Positions 10,033-17,943 of a stretch of DNA of 64,000 bases are shown one piece after another (the first letter of the stretch is position 1; each line of letters opens with the position of its first letter). Location of the stretch: positions 1,572 to 65,571 of the forward strand of contig CAYPSN010000005.1 in assembly GCA_964413715.1 (NCBI GenBank). Reading direction: 5' to 3'. The position numbers were made by a program, and so were the translations under genes. This DNA comes from an uncultured Candidatus Saccharibacteria bacterium. Its GTDB lineage: Bacteria > Patescibacteriota > Saccharimonadia > CAILAD01 > JADZBC01. The notes under the pieces were generated by a model, which saw only the letters and a list, made by a program, of their open reading frames with translations, did no database searches and was not told the DNA's origin.

Positions 10033-10458
10033 GTGGAAGAAATTAAGCGAAAAAGCAAAGAGGCCGTAAAAACTACCGCTAGTAAAACTAGAACTGTGGC
10101 CAGAAGCCAAGCCGGTGGCTTTGCTACGTTTATACGAGAGCAAGGTGTTGTTGGTTTGGCAGTTGGTTTCATTCTTGGTGCTGCGGTTGCCAAGGTTGTA
10201 ACCTCGCTCGTAAATGACGTTATTAACCCTCTAATTGGCGGTCTAATGGGTCGCACTGAGAGCATCAAGACTGCTGTTTGGACGGTTGGTGGTGCGCAAG
10301 TTGCCATCGGCAGCTTTATTGGCACTTTAATCGACTTTACGATTATCGCCGCAGTTGTTTACTTTGGTGTTAAGATTCTGCGACTTGATCGGCTCGACGT
10401 TAAGACCGACAAGCCACTTGCAAAAGTACCTGCGATTAACGCTAAGCTTGGCAAGTAG
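10033..10458 (+). CDS. mscL: Large-conductance mechanosensitive channel MscL with a roughly 30-aa basic N-terminal extension
   Basis: GVVGLAVGFILGAAVAKVVTSLVNDVINPLIG matches the MscL TM1 signature. GTG start with an AAAGGAGA ribosome-binding site. Confidence 0.85.
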   Translation: MEEIKRKSKEAVKTTASKTRTVARSQAGGFATFIREQGVVGLAVGFILGAAVAKVVTSLVNDVINPLIGGLMGRTESIKTAVWTVGGAQVAIGSFIGTLIDFTIIAAVVYFGVKILRLDRLDVKTDKPLAKVPAINAKLGK

Positions 10459-10502
10459 CACAAGCGAAACCTTCTCTATATGGTAAAATAGTTTGCAGAC
10501 AT

Positions 10503-11783
10503 ATGAAGCAAGCTATCAAAAAAGCGCTTGTGCGCAAATTATCAAAACGAGTCAAGAGACTCTTCGCTGCGAATGAGCTCGTAGTAGTGGCCGTGACTGG
10601 TACTGTAGGAAAGACCAGCACCAAATTAGCTATCGCCAAGGTTCTCGAGTCTGCCGGTCGTAAGGTTGGCTATAGCGAGGATAGCTACAACAGCGATGTT
10701 GGTTTGCCTTTAAGCGTCTTTGGACTGAAAGTGCCTGACAGGCTCTTGAGTGTCAGTGGCTGGCGCAGAATTTTGCGGCAGATGGATTCGATGATTGATG
10801 ATTTTCCGTACGACGTTATCGTACAAGAGGTGGCCGAAGATGATTTGGATCTTATGCTGCCTTTTGTAAAACTCATTAAGCCAAAAATCGGTGTGGTTAC
10901 AGGATTGTCGCTTGCGCATACGGCACGCATGCAAGACATAGCAAAAATCAAAGCTGATCTTGTTGCGCTGACTGCTCCCATGGGTGAGCTGATTTGCAAT
11001 GCAGATTTTTCTGATTTAGCAGATGATACATTCCGAGCCCATGCAACGTATAGCACTCAGGGCAAGAAAGCTGATGTTGAGCTGGTTGAGGCAAAGCGCG
11101 CCAAAAGCGGTCTACTAGAGGCGGAAATAAAGATGTATGGCGAAAAGTCGCGTTTCAAAACCCAGCTTGTTGGTCGTCATAGCTTGTCGGCGCTTTTGGC
11201 TGCAGCCGCGGTGGCCCATGAATTAGGAGTAGATTCTGGGCAAATTAAGCAGGCCCTGGCAACAGTACCGGCTGTTAAAGGACGCATGAACTTATTGCCA
11301 GCTGTGCATGGCGCTCGCCTGATTGACGACAGCTATAACGCCGCTAGTCCAGTCGGCGTATTTGCCGCACTCGAGACACTCAAGGAGATGTCGGGCAAAA
11401 AGATTGCTGTGCTTGGCAATATGAACGAGCTTGGCGCCAAGAGCGAAGCTGCGCATAAGGAAGTCGGAGAATTTGCGGCTGGCATTGCCGATATGCTCAT
11501 TGTCATTGGCCCAGATGCCGAGAAGTATTTGGCTCCTGCGGCAATTGAAGCAGGCATGGAAAAATCAAACGTCAAAGTATTCCGTACCCCATACGAAGCC
11601 GGTCATTTTTTGAAGAAGAAAGTCTCCCAAGGCGACGTTGTGCTCGTAAAAGGCTCTCAAAACAATGTGTTTAGCGAAGAAGTAAGTAGAATCTTGCTGG
11701 ATAAATCACTCAAGCCAGAAGACGTACTTGTGCGTCAATCGGCCTTTTGGCGCCGCAAAAAGCGAAAGGCTTTTGCACAATAG
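10503..11783 (+). CDS. murF: UDP-N-acetylmuramoyl-tripeptide--D-alanyl-D-alanine ligase
   Basis: Mur ligase P-loop VTGTVGKTSTK, the MurF-type DDSYNA(A)SP motif, and the GKKIAVLGNMNELG C-terminal domain. Confidence 0.88.
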   Translation: MKQAIKKALVRKLSKRVKRLFAANELVVVAVTGTVGKTSTKLAIAKVLESAGRKVGYSEDSYNSDVGLPLSVFGLKVPDRLLSVSGWRRILRQMDSMIDDFPYDVIVQEVAEDDLDLMLPFVKLIKPKIGVVTGLSLAHTARMQDIAKIKADLVALTAPMGELICNADFSDLADDTFRAHATYSTQGKKADVELVEAKRAKSGLLEAEIKMYGEKSRFKTQLVGRHSLSALLAAAAVAHELGVDSGQIKQALATVPAVKGRMNLLPAVHGARLIDDSYNAASPVGVFAALETLKEMSGKKIAVLGNMNELGAKSEAAHKEVGEFAAGIADMLIVIGPDAEKYLAPAAIEAGMEKSNVKVFRTPYEAGHFLKKKVSQGDVVLVKGSQNNVFSEEVSRILLDKSLKPEDVLVRQSAFWRRKKRKAFAQ

Positions 11784-11784
11784 C

Positions 11785-12423
11785 ATGTCGGTTTTAAACG
11801 TACGACATGTCTGGCAGTTAGACCCTGAATCAGGCGTGCCGCTCGATCAGCGCCGTAGTGTTTGTGCCCCTGCAGCGGTCAACATCGTCCTCGACTATAT
11901 GCTCGGTCGCACCGGTAATGATAGTTTCAAAGTGGTGGATATTATCGCGCTCATGGAGAAGGCTGGAGGAAGGGTCAATGGTGTAGGCTGGAAGCACTCT
12001 GCCGGTGTTGGTGCGCTCAATGCACATGGCCTTATCGCTTGGCGTCGGAACTGGCTGGCTCCTTCGCAAGATCCCCGGCACTTTATCGAAGTCGAAGGCT
12101 ATGATGATCGCCAGGTGAGGGCATTCTTGGCGCAATTGGCTGCCGAGGAACAGGTGGAGGGAAGCATAGAAGAAAAGGCGCTTCACAGTATTAAACGCTC
12201 AATTGATGATAATTGCCCGGTTATAGCAAGTGTGAAAGCTGGCTTTAGCGAGAATGAAGGTTATCATCAGATTGTTATTGCGGGATACGGTGAAACAGAT
12301 CGTGGAGAATGGCTTGATATTGTCGACCCACTCTTACCTGCTGATAAGCAAACGCGCGTAGGGATTGAATATTTTTTGAGCTACTATAAGCTCCAATCAA
12401 TTTTTGTCAAAAGCCCAGATTGA
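11785..12423 (+). CDS. Hypothetical protein with a peptidase C39-like (papain-fold cysteine peptidase) domain
   Basis: Candidate catalytic Cys (SVCAPAAVNIVLDYMLG) and His (GYHQIVIAGYGE) placed as in C39-like peptidases. The ORF track starts at 11728, overlapping murF; I prefer the internal ATG. Confidence 0.45.
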   Translation: MSVLNVRHVWQLDPESGVPLDQRRSVCAPAAVNIVLDYMLGRTGNDSFKVVDIIALMEKAGGRVNGVGWKHSAGVGALNAHGLIAWRRNWLAPSQDPRHFIEVEGYDDRQVRAFLAQLAAEEQVEGSIEEKALHSIKRSIDDNCPVIASVKAGFSENEGYHQIVIAGYGETDRGEWLDIVDPLLPADKQTRVGIEYFLSYYKLQSIFVKSPD

Positions 12424-12475
12424 CACGCCATAATACGGGGGCTATAATCATGTCCATGAAAATTCAACAACTCAA

Positions 12476-12516
12476 CCTACTAGGCGTCTTGCTCTCCGCA
12501 TCGCGGTAGGTTTTTG
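12476..12516 (+). terminator. Hairpin plus U-run in the leuS leader, first of two
   Basis: CCTAC...GTAGG stem followed by TTTTTG. Confidence 0.4.
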
Positions 12517-12535
12517 TTGTACGTAATTTCCAAAA

Positions 12536-12556
12536 GCCGCCGCAAGGCGGTTTTTG
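12536..12556 (+). terminator. Intrinsic terminator or attenuator hairpin in the leuS leader
   Basis: CCGCC-GCAA-GGCGG stem with a GNRA-type loop, followed by TTTTT. Confidence 0.55.
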
Positions 12557-12617
12557 GTTATGGCCGCCGAGCGCTTAATTTTTACTAAACAAACCAGACT
12601 AGGATACAATAGAAACT

Positions 12618-15032
12618 ATGAACGAAGCTACAAAATACAATCCGCAAGAAATCGAACTAAAATGGCAAAAAGTTTGGGCAGAAACAGGGCTCAATAAAAC
12701 TCCCACGGAGCCGAAGAATAAGTTCTATAACTTAGTTATGTTCCCGTACCCATCGGGAGATCTGCACATTGGTCATTGGTATAACTTTGGTCCAGCTGAC
12801 ACCATTGGTCGGTTCAATCGAATGCACGGCAAAGACGTCTTGCAGCCCAATGGCTATGACTCATTTGGCTTGCCAGCAGAAAACGCAGCTATCAAAAAAG
12901 GTGTGCCTGCAGAAGTCTGGACTGACGAGAACGTAGACCGATTCCATAAGCAATACGTTCGATTAGGTGGTATTTATGACCTAGATAAGGAAGTTGACAC
13001 TTCAAAACCCGAATACTATCGCTGGACACAGTGGTTGTTTTTACGCATGCTGAAGGCTGGTAAGGCTTATCAAGAAGATGGCTTGGTTAACTGGTGCCCC
13101 AAAGATCATACCGCCCTGGCTAACGAGCAAGTTATTCAGGGAGCGTGTGAGCGCTGTGGTACCAAAGTAGAGCGCAAGAAGTTGAAGCAGTGGTACTTTA
13201 AAATCACTGATTATGCTGATGCACTTTTGAATGATCTCGATACTTTGAATTGGCCAGAGCGGGTCAAAACTATGCAGCGCAATTGGATTGGTCGTAGTGA
13301 GGGTGCACAAGTGTACTTTGAGCTTGAAAATGGTAATAAATTAGAGGTTTACACTACGAGGCCAGATACACTGTACGGCGCAACGTTCTTAGTGCTTGCA
13401 CCAGAACACGAAATGGTTGCGGCTCTTACGACTACTGAACACAAGCAAGCGGTAGAGGATTACATCGAAGCAGCAGGCGCAAAAACCGACGTTGATCGCT
13501 TGGAGAACAAAGAAAAGACCGGCGTGTTTACCGGGTCATATGCCATCAATCCCGTGAACGGTGCAAGGCTTCCTGTTTGGGTGGCTGACTACGTGTTAAC
13601 CGGCTATGGCACCGGTGCTATCATGGCTGTTCCGGCGCATGACCAACGGGACTGGGAATTCGCGAAAAAGTTTGGTATTGAAATTAAAGAAGTCATTCAA
13701 GGTGGCGATGTTCACCAAGAGGCCTACACCGGTGATGGTGCCCTGATCAACTCGGCTGAGCTCAATGGTATGACAGTAGTAGATGCCAAGCAGGCAATTG
13801 TTCACAAGCTTGAACAAGATAAGGCCGGGCAAGCCAAAGTACAATACAAAATTCGTGACTGGCTGATTAGTCGCCAGCGTTACTGGGGTGCGCCCATTCC
13901 GATTATTTATTGTGATGACTGCGGAACGGTACCGGTGCCCGAGAGTGATTTGCCAGTTGTTCTGCCGCTTGGTCAGCAATTCGACGAATCGGGTCAGTCT
14001 CCTCTCGTAAAACACCCTGATTTTACACACGCAAAATGCCCTACGTGTGGTGGCGATGCGCGGCGCGAAACAGACACTATGGACACGTTTGTAGACTCGA
14101 GCTGGTATTTTCTGCGCTATCCAAATCCTGATTACACTGATGGGCCATTTGATCCTGAAGCGGTCAAGAAGTGGCTGCCAGTAGACAACTACATGGGCGG
14201 CATTGAGCACGCCATTCTTCACCTCTTGTATGCTCGGTTCTTTACAAAGTTCCTGCACGAAGAGGGCTTGATAGATTTTAATGAGCCATTCAAGCGCTTG
14301 ATTAATCAAGGCATGATACTTGGTTCTGATGGCGACAAGATGAGTAAGCGCAAAGGAAACGTCGTAGACCCACTAGAGTATGTCAATAAGTATGGTGCCG
14401 ACGCTGTGCGACTGTACCTGATGTTTATGGGCCCATACGAGGAGGGCGGCCCCTGGGATCCGCAGCGATTCGAAGGTACGTATCGTTTTATTAGTAAGGT
14501 ATGGGATCTGTATCATGGGTACGAAGTGATTGAAGCAAACGCGGCTACAGAAACAGCCCTCGTGCGCGAACTGCACAAAACCATACGAAAAGTCACCAGT
14601 GATCTTGAGAACATAAAGTTCAATACTGCAGTAGCGGCTATGATGGAATTTGTGAAATTTGCTTCTGGCGTGCGGCGCGATGGTTCGGTGAGTGAGCAAG
14701 TATGGCGCGAAGTGACTGGCCAGTTCTGTCTGTTGCTCGCACCGTTTACCCCGCATTTGGCAGAACAACTCTGGCACGATCTGGGCAATGAAGAAAGCGT
14801 GCACTTGCAAATGTGGCCTAAATACGACGCCGAAATGGTTAAGGTAGATGAGGTTGTCGTGGTAATTCAGGTAAATGGCAAATTACGTGGTGAATTTATA
14901 GCAGCAAGCGGTAGCGCCAATGAGGCGCTTGAGTCAGCCGCGCTTGCTCTGGCGCATGACAAGAAGTGGTTTGAGGGCGAGCCAAAGCGAGTTATCGTGG
15001 TGCCAAATAAGCTAGTAAATATTGTGGTGTAA
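12618..15032 (+). CDS. leuS: Leucyl-tRNA synthetase
   Basis: HIGH motif (HIGHWYNF), KMSKS motif (KMSKRKGN), and the LeuRS editing and zinc regions. 804 aa. Confidence 0.95.
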   Translation: MNEATKYNPQEIELKWQKVWAETGLNKTPTEPKNKFYNLVMFPYPSGDLHIGHWYNFGPADTIGRFNRMHGKDVLQPNGYDSFGLPAENAAIKKGVPAEVWTDENVDRFHKQYVRLGGIYDLDKEVDTSKPEYYRWTQWLFLRMLKAGKAYQEDGLVNWCPKDHTALANEQVIQGACERCGTKVERKKLKQWYFKITDYADALLNDLDTLNWPERVKTMQRNWIGRSEGAQVYFELENGNKLEVYTTRPDTLYGATFLVLAPEHEMVAALTTTEHKQAVEDYIEAAGAKTDVDRLENKEKTGVFTGSYAINPVNGARLPVWVADYVLTGYGTGAIMAVPAHDQRDWEFAKKFGIEIKEVIQGGDVHQEAYTGDGALINSAELNGMTVVDAKQAIVHKLEQDKAGQAKVQYKIRDWLISRQRYWGAPIPIIYCDDCGTVPVPESDLPVVLPLGQQFDESGQSPLVKHPDFTHAKCPTCGGDARRETDTMDTFVDSSWYFLRYPNPDYTDGPFDPEAVKKWLPVDNYMGGIEHAILHLLYARFFTKFLHEEGLIDFNEPFKRLINQGMILGSDGDKMSKRKGNVVDPLEYVNKYGADAVRLYLMFMGPYEEGGPWDPQRFEGTYRFISKVWDLYHGYEVIEANAATETALVRELHKTIRKVTSDLENIKFNTAVAAMMEFVKFASGVRRDGSVSEQVWREVTGQFCLLLAPFTPHLAEQLWHDLGNEESVHLQMWPKYDAEMVKVDEVVVVIQVNGKLRGEFIAASGSANEALESAALALAHDKKWFEGEPKRVIVVPNKLVNIVV

Positions 15033-15076
15033 CTTGCTAAAATCGCCCCAACATGGTAATATACTGAGCGAAGAAT

Positions 15077-15484
15077 ATGTCAATTAGCATTCTGGATTTA
15101 AGCCGAAAGCCCGAGGGAACTACTGTAACTCGAGCTATTCACATTGACACTTTGGAAGATATTGATCTGGCTCGTCCGATAGAGGCTCAAGCCGATATTA
15201 CGACACTGACTCCGCAGATTTTTACGGCTCGCTTAGCCACAAGCGTATTTCTTCGACGAATTTGCGATCGTTGCGCGAAAGCTTATGACTATGAACTGCC
15301 GATTCGTCTGGCGGTGACGTTTGCGGACGATGAAGTCGATGGTGAGTGGCCAATCGTTAACAATACTATCGACTTCACGCTCCCAGTGCGTGAAGAGATA
15401 CTGCTGAATCTTCCATTGCGTAGCTTATGCTCATCAGACTGCAAAGGCGTAACTTTTAAACACCAATCTAACACAGGAGTTTGA
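15077..15484 (+). CDS. yceD: YceD/DUF177-family protein (large-subunit rRNA accumulation protein) upstream of rpmF
   Basis: Conserved position immediately 5' of L32. Cys-rich C-terminus (CSSDCKG) typical of DUF177. Confidence 0.6.
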   Translation: MSISILDLSRKPEGTTVTRAIHIDTLEDIDLARPIEAQADITTLTPQIFTARLATSVFLRRICDRCAKAYDYELPIRLAVTFADDEVDGEWPIVNNTIDFTLPVREEILLNLPLRSLCSSDCKGVTFKHQSNTGV

Positions 15485-15485
15485 C

Positions 15486-15653
15486 ATGCCAGTACCAAAG
15501 AAACGTACGTCAAAAGCTACCAAAGGTCAGCGACGAAGCCATGATAGTCTAACAGCAGTACAGCTGATGACGGAAAAAACCTCAGGCTTAATCGTGCCTC
15601 GCCGATTACACAAAGCAGCTAAGCTCGGCTTAGCTCGAACCAAGAAAGTATAG
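15486..15653 (+). CDS. rpmF: 50S ribosomal protein L32
   Basis: Translated by hand as MPVPKKRTSKATKGQRRSHDSL..., the canonical L32 N-terminus. 55 aa; absent from the ORF track because it is under 60 aa. Confidence 0.85.
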   Translation: MPVPKKRTSKATKGQRRSHDSLTAVQLMTEKTSGLIVPRRLHKAAKLGLARTKKV

Positions 15654-15662
15654 GCAGCCCTC

Positions 15663-16136
15663 ATGGCATCCAATCGTCACCTTGGCAGAATAGTCGCTCT
15701 ACAGAGTTTGTACGAGTATGATTTTCGAAGTGCGTTGCCCGAGTTACATTCTGATACCGACGAAATTGTTAAACGTAATCTCGAAGTCTATGGCGAAAGC
15801 ATAGAAGACACTGATTTTGTTTATGATTTGGTTAAAGGTACGATTGCCAATCAAGAGGCAGAGGATGCTTTGATAGTACCGGCTGCACCAGAATGGCCGA
15901 TTGATCAGATTGCCAAAGTAGATAGGGCTATTCTGCGATTGGCTCTTTATGAATTAACGCTCAAGCGTGATGTGCCGCCCAAGGTAGTAATCAACGAAGC
16001 AGTCGAGCTTGCCAAGGCATTTGGCGGAGAGAACTCAAGTAAATTTATTAATGGCGTATTAGGAACGATTTATCGCCAAAGTGATTTTTATGAACCAGAA
16101 GAAGACAAACAAAAACAAGCCAAAGAGTCAGCGTAA
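15663..16136 (+). CDS. nusB: Transcription antitermination factor NusB
   Basis: NusB fold pattern (RIVALQSLYEYDF ... AILRLALYEL ... INEAVELAKAFGG). 157 aa. Confidence 0.85.
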   Translation: MASNRHLGRIVALQSLYEYDFRSALPELHSDTDEIVKRNLEVYGESIEDTDFVYDLVKGTIANQEAEDALIVPAAPEWPIDQIAKVDRAILRLALYELTLKRDVPPKVVINEAVELAKAFGGENSSKFINGVLGTIYRQSDFYEPEEDKQKQAKESA

Positions 16137-16593
16137 GGGAGACAGCCGCGCAAAGGCTATCCCAGAATACACTGCCGGCGGAATCGCCTTTCGTGAAACC
16201 GATGCTGGTATCGAGTTTTTGCTTATGCAAGATCATCGATCGCGCTGGACGATTCCAAAAGGACATGTTGAGTCTGGTGAAACATTAGAGCAAACCGCTC
16301 TACGAGAAATGAAGGAAGAGACCGGGCTTTCGAAGCTCAAGATTATTGACCGACTCGATAAGGTGCATTTTTTCTATCGCCGCGAAGGCAAGCTTATTTT
16401 TATGACAACGTTCATTTTTCTGATGCAAGCGCTGGACCCGCACGAAGAGTTGGTATTGGAAGATACTGAGTGGGTGATGGATCTCAAATGGTTCCCCGCA
16501 CAACAAGCGCGAGCTTTGATAGAATATAAGGGTACGAAATTACTCCTAGACATGAGCGTCAAGAAACTAAGAGAAATGGGTCACAATGTTTGA
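16081..16593 (+). CDS. NUDIX hydrolase
   Basis: Nudix box GHVESGETLEQTALREMKEETGL. Start overlaps the nusB 3' end; an alternative ATG lies at 16090. Confidence 0.8.
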   Translation: MIFMNQKKTNKNKPKSQRKGDSRAKAIPEYTAGGIAFRETDAGIEFLLMQDHRSRWTIPKGHVESGETLEQTALREMKEETGLSKLKIIDRLDKVHFFYRREGKLIFMTTFIFLMQALDPHEELVLEDTEWVMDLKWFPAQQARALIEYKGTKLLLDMSVKKLREMGHNV

Positions 16594-17272
16594 ACAGAAG
16601 AAAGTTGAAGAGATCTTAGGTATTCAATTTGCTGATGCCGAGATTATTAAGCGTGCATTTGTGCATCGCAGTTATATTAATGAGCACCCCAAGGCTGGCC
16701 TAGAGCACAATGAGCGCTTAGAGTTTTTGGGTGATGCCGTTCTCGAGCTGGTGGTGACTGACCATCTCTACAGGAACTATAAAAATCCTGAGGGTGAATT
16801 AACGAGTTGGCGTAGTGCATTGGTAAAGACTGAATCTCTCGCAGCGGTCGCGGAGAAGCTTGGCCTTGGCCAGTATCTATTGATGTCGCATGGTGAAGTT
16901 AAAAGCGGTGGTCGCAGCCGAACAGCACTACTCGCCAATATGATCGAAGCGATTATTGGGGCAATTTATCTTGACCAGGGTTATGATACGGCTGCGAAAT
17001 TCATTGATCGCGAACTAATTGTGGGCTTGCCGCAGATCCTAGAATCTGGCGCGCATATAGATGCCAAGAGTAAATTCCAGGAAGTCGCTCAAGAGCGCGA
17101 GGGTATCACTCCGCATTATGAGGTCTTGGCCGAAGTTGGCCCTGATCATGACAAAGTATTTACTGTGGGTGTATTCTTGGGCAAGAAAGAATTAGGCCGT
17201 GGTGACGGATCGAGTAAGCAAGCCGGACAGCAGGCCGCAGCTGCAGATGCGTTGAGTCGCTACAAAAAGTAG
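16586..17272 (+). CDS. rnc: Ribonuclease III
   Basis: RNase III signature ERLEFLGDAVLELVV, a dsRBD at the C-terminus, and an ATGTTTGA overlap with the upstream gene. Confidence 0.93.
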   Translation: MFEQKKVEEILGIQFADAEIIKRAFVHRSYINEHPKAGLEHNERLEFLGDAVLELVVTDHLYRNYKNPEGELTSWRSALVKTESLAAVAEKLGLGQYLLMSHGEVKSGGRSRTALLANMIEAIIGAIYLDQGYDTAAKFIDRELIVGLPQILESGAHIDAKSKFQEVAQEREGITPHYEVLAEVGPDHDKVFTVGVFLGKKELGRGDGSSKQAGQQAAAADALSRYKK

Positions 17273-17301
17273 CAATAAGTACAAAAACTTTAGATTAAAA
17301 C

Positions 17302-17338
17302 AAGAAGATCCTTACATTCGAGGATCTTCTTTGTTATT
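17302..17338 (+). terminator. Rho-independent terminator after rnc
   Basis: Perfect 11-bp stem AAGAAGATCCT / AGGATCTTCTT followed by a T-rich tract. Confidence 0.7.
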
Positions 17339-17404
17339 AGGCGCTGTAGGTGGTGTACAGTAAGGACGTCGCCGGAATACAACGACCTACAGGGAGGTGA
17401 ACCG

Positions 17405-17848
17405 GTGTCCAAGGTACAAGTGCGAGTTTCCGTGTCAGTTGGCAGCGGTCCACTCGACCCGCCTGTCATTCGGGTTGATGCCAGTAGTTTGAGCTTCATG
17501 CCTAAGGGCATGGCTTTGCAGGTGGCTGGCAGGGATCCTGCTCGAGTGAACTACCAGCTTTCGCTGTACTCCAGCAAGCAGCTCGGCAAGGTTGGTGTCA
17601 GAATTCGCAACTGGATTCGCGACCATAGCGAGGTGAGTGGCTGTTTCGTTCAGCGTCATTCAATCATGCTCGGGGTACGCTACCGGGCCGACACAGGCTT
17701 CGATTCGTGGGAAGCGACGGAAAAGCTGCTGCAGGGCCTGAAGGCGTTTTTGCAGATTGAAGCGTTTCCCAACCGCGAATTAGTGTTCTCAGGGCCGCAG
17801 TACATGCTTGCCACCGAGATCATCTTGCCTGCTGATCAACACGAATAA
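17405..17848 (+). CDS. Hypothetical protein (147 aa) in a GC-elevated insert between rnc and smc
   Basis: GTG start 9 nt downstream of a GGAGG ribosome-binding site. GC about 57% against a 48% background. No recognisable domain. Confidence 0.55.
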   Translation: MSKVQVRVSVSVGSGPLDPPVIRVDASSLSFMPKGMALQVAGRDPARVNYQLSLYSSKQLGKVGVRIRNWIRDHSEVSGCFVQRHSIMLGVRYRADTGFDSWEATEKLLQGLKAFLQIEAFPNRELVFSGPQYMLATEIILPADQHE

Positions 17849-17943
17849 GACCTCTCGAGTTACCTGGAGGGGTCTCGAGAATGTAATTATCTAAATACCT
17901 ATAAAAATTGCTTCAAGCTTCTACCGAATAGTACAATGGGACT

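Noticed and set aside
12424-12617. T-box riboswitch upstream of leuS
   Set aside because: Hairpin and U-run elements are present, but I could not find the conserved T-box sequence (AGGGUGGNACCGCG-like) or a convincing specifier loop. Recorded only as a possible attenuator.
13596-14309. 237-aa minus-strand ORF inside leuS
   Set aside because: Antisense to an unambiguous LeuRS reading frame; no independent support.
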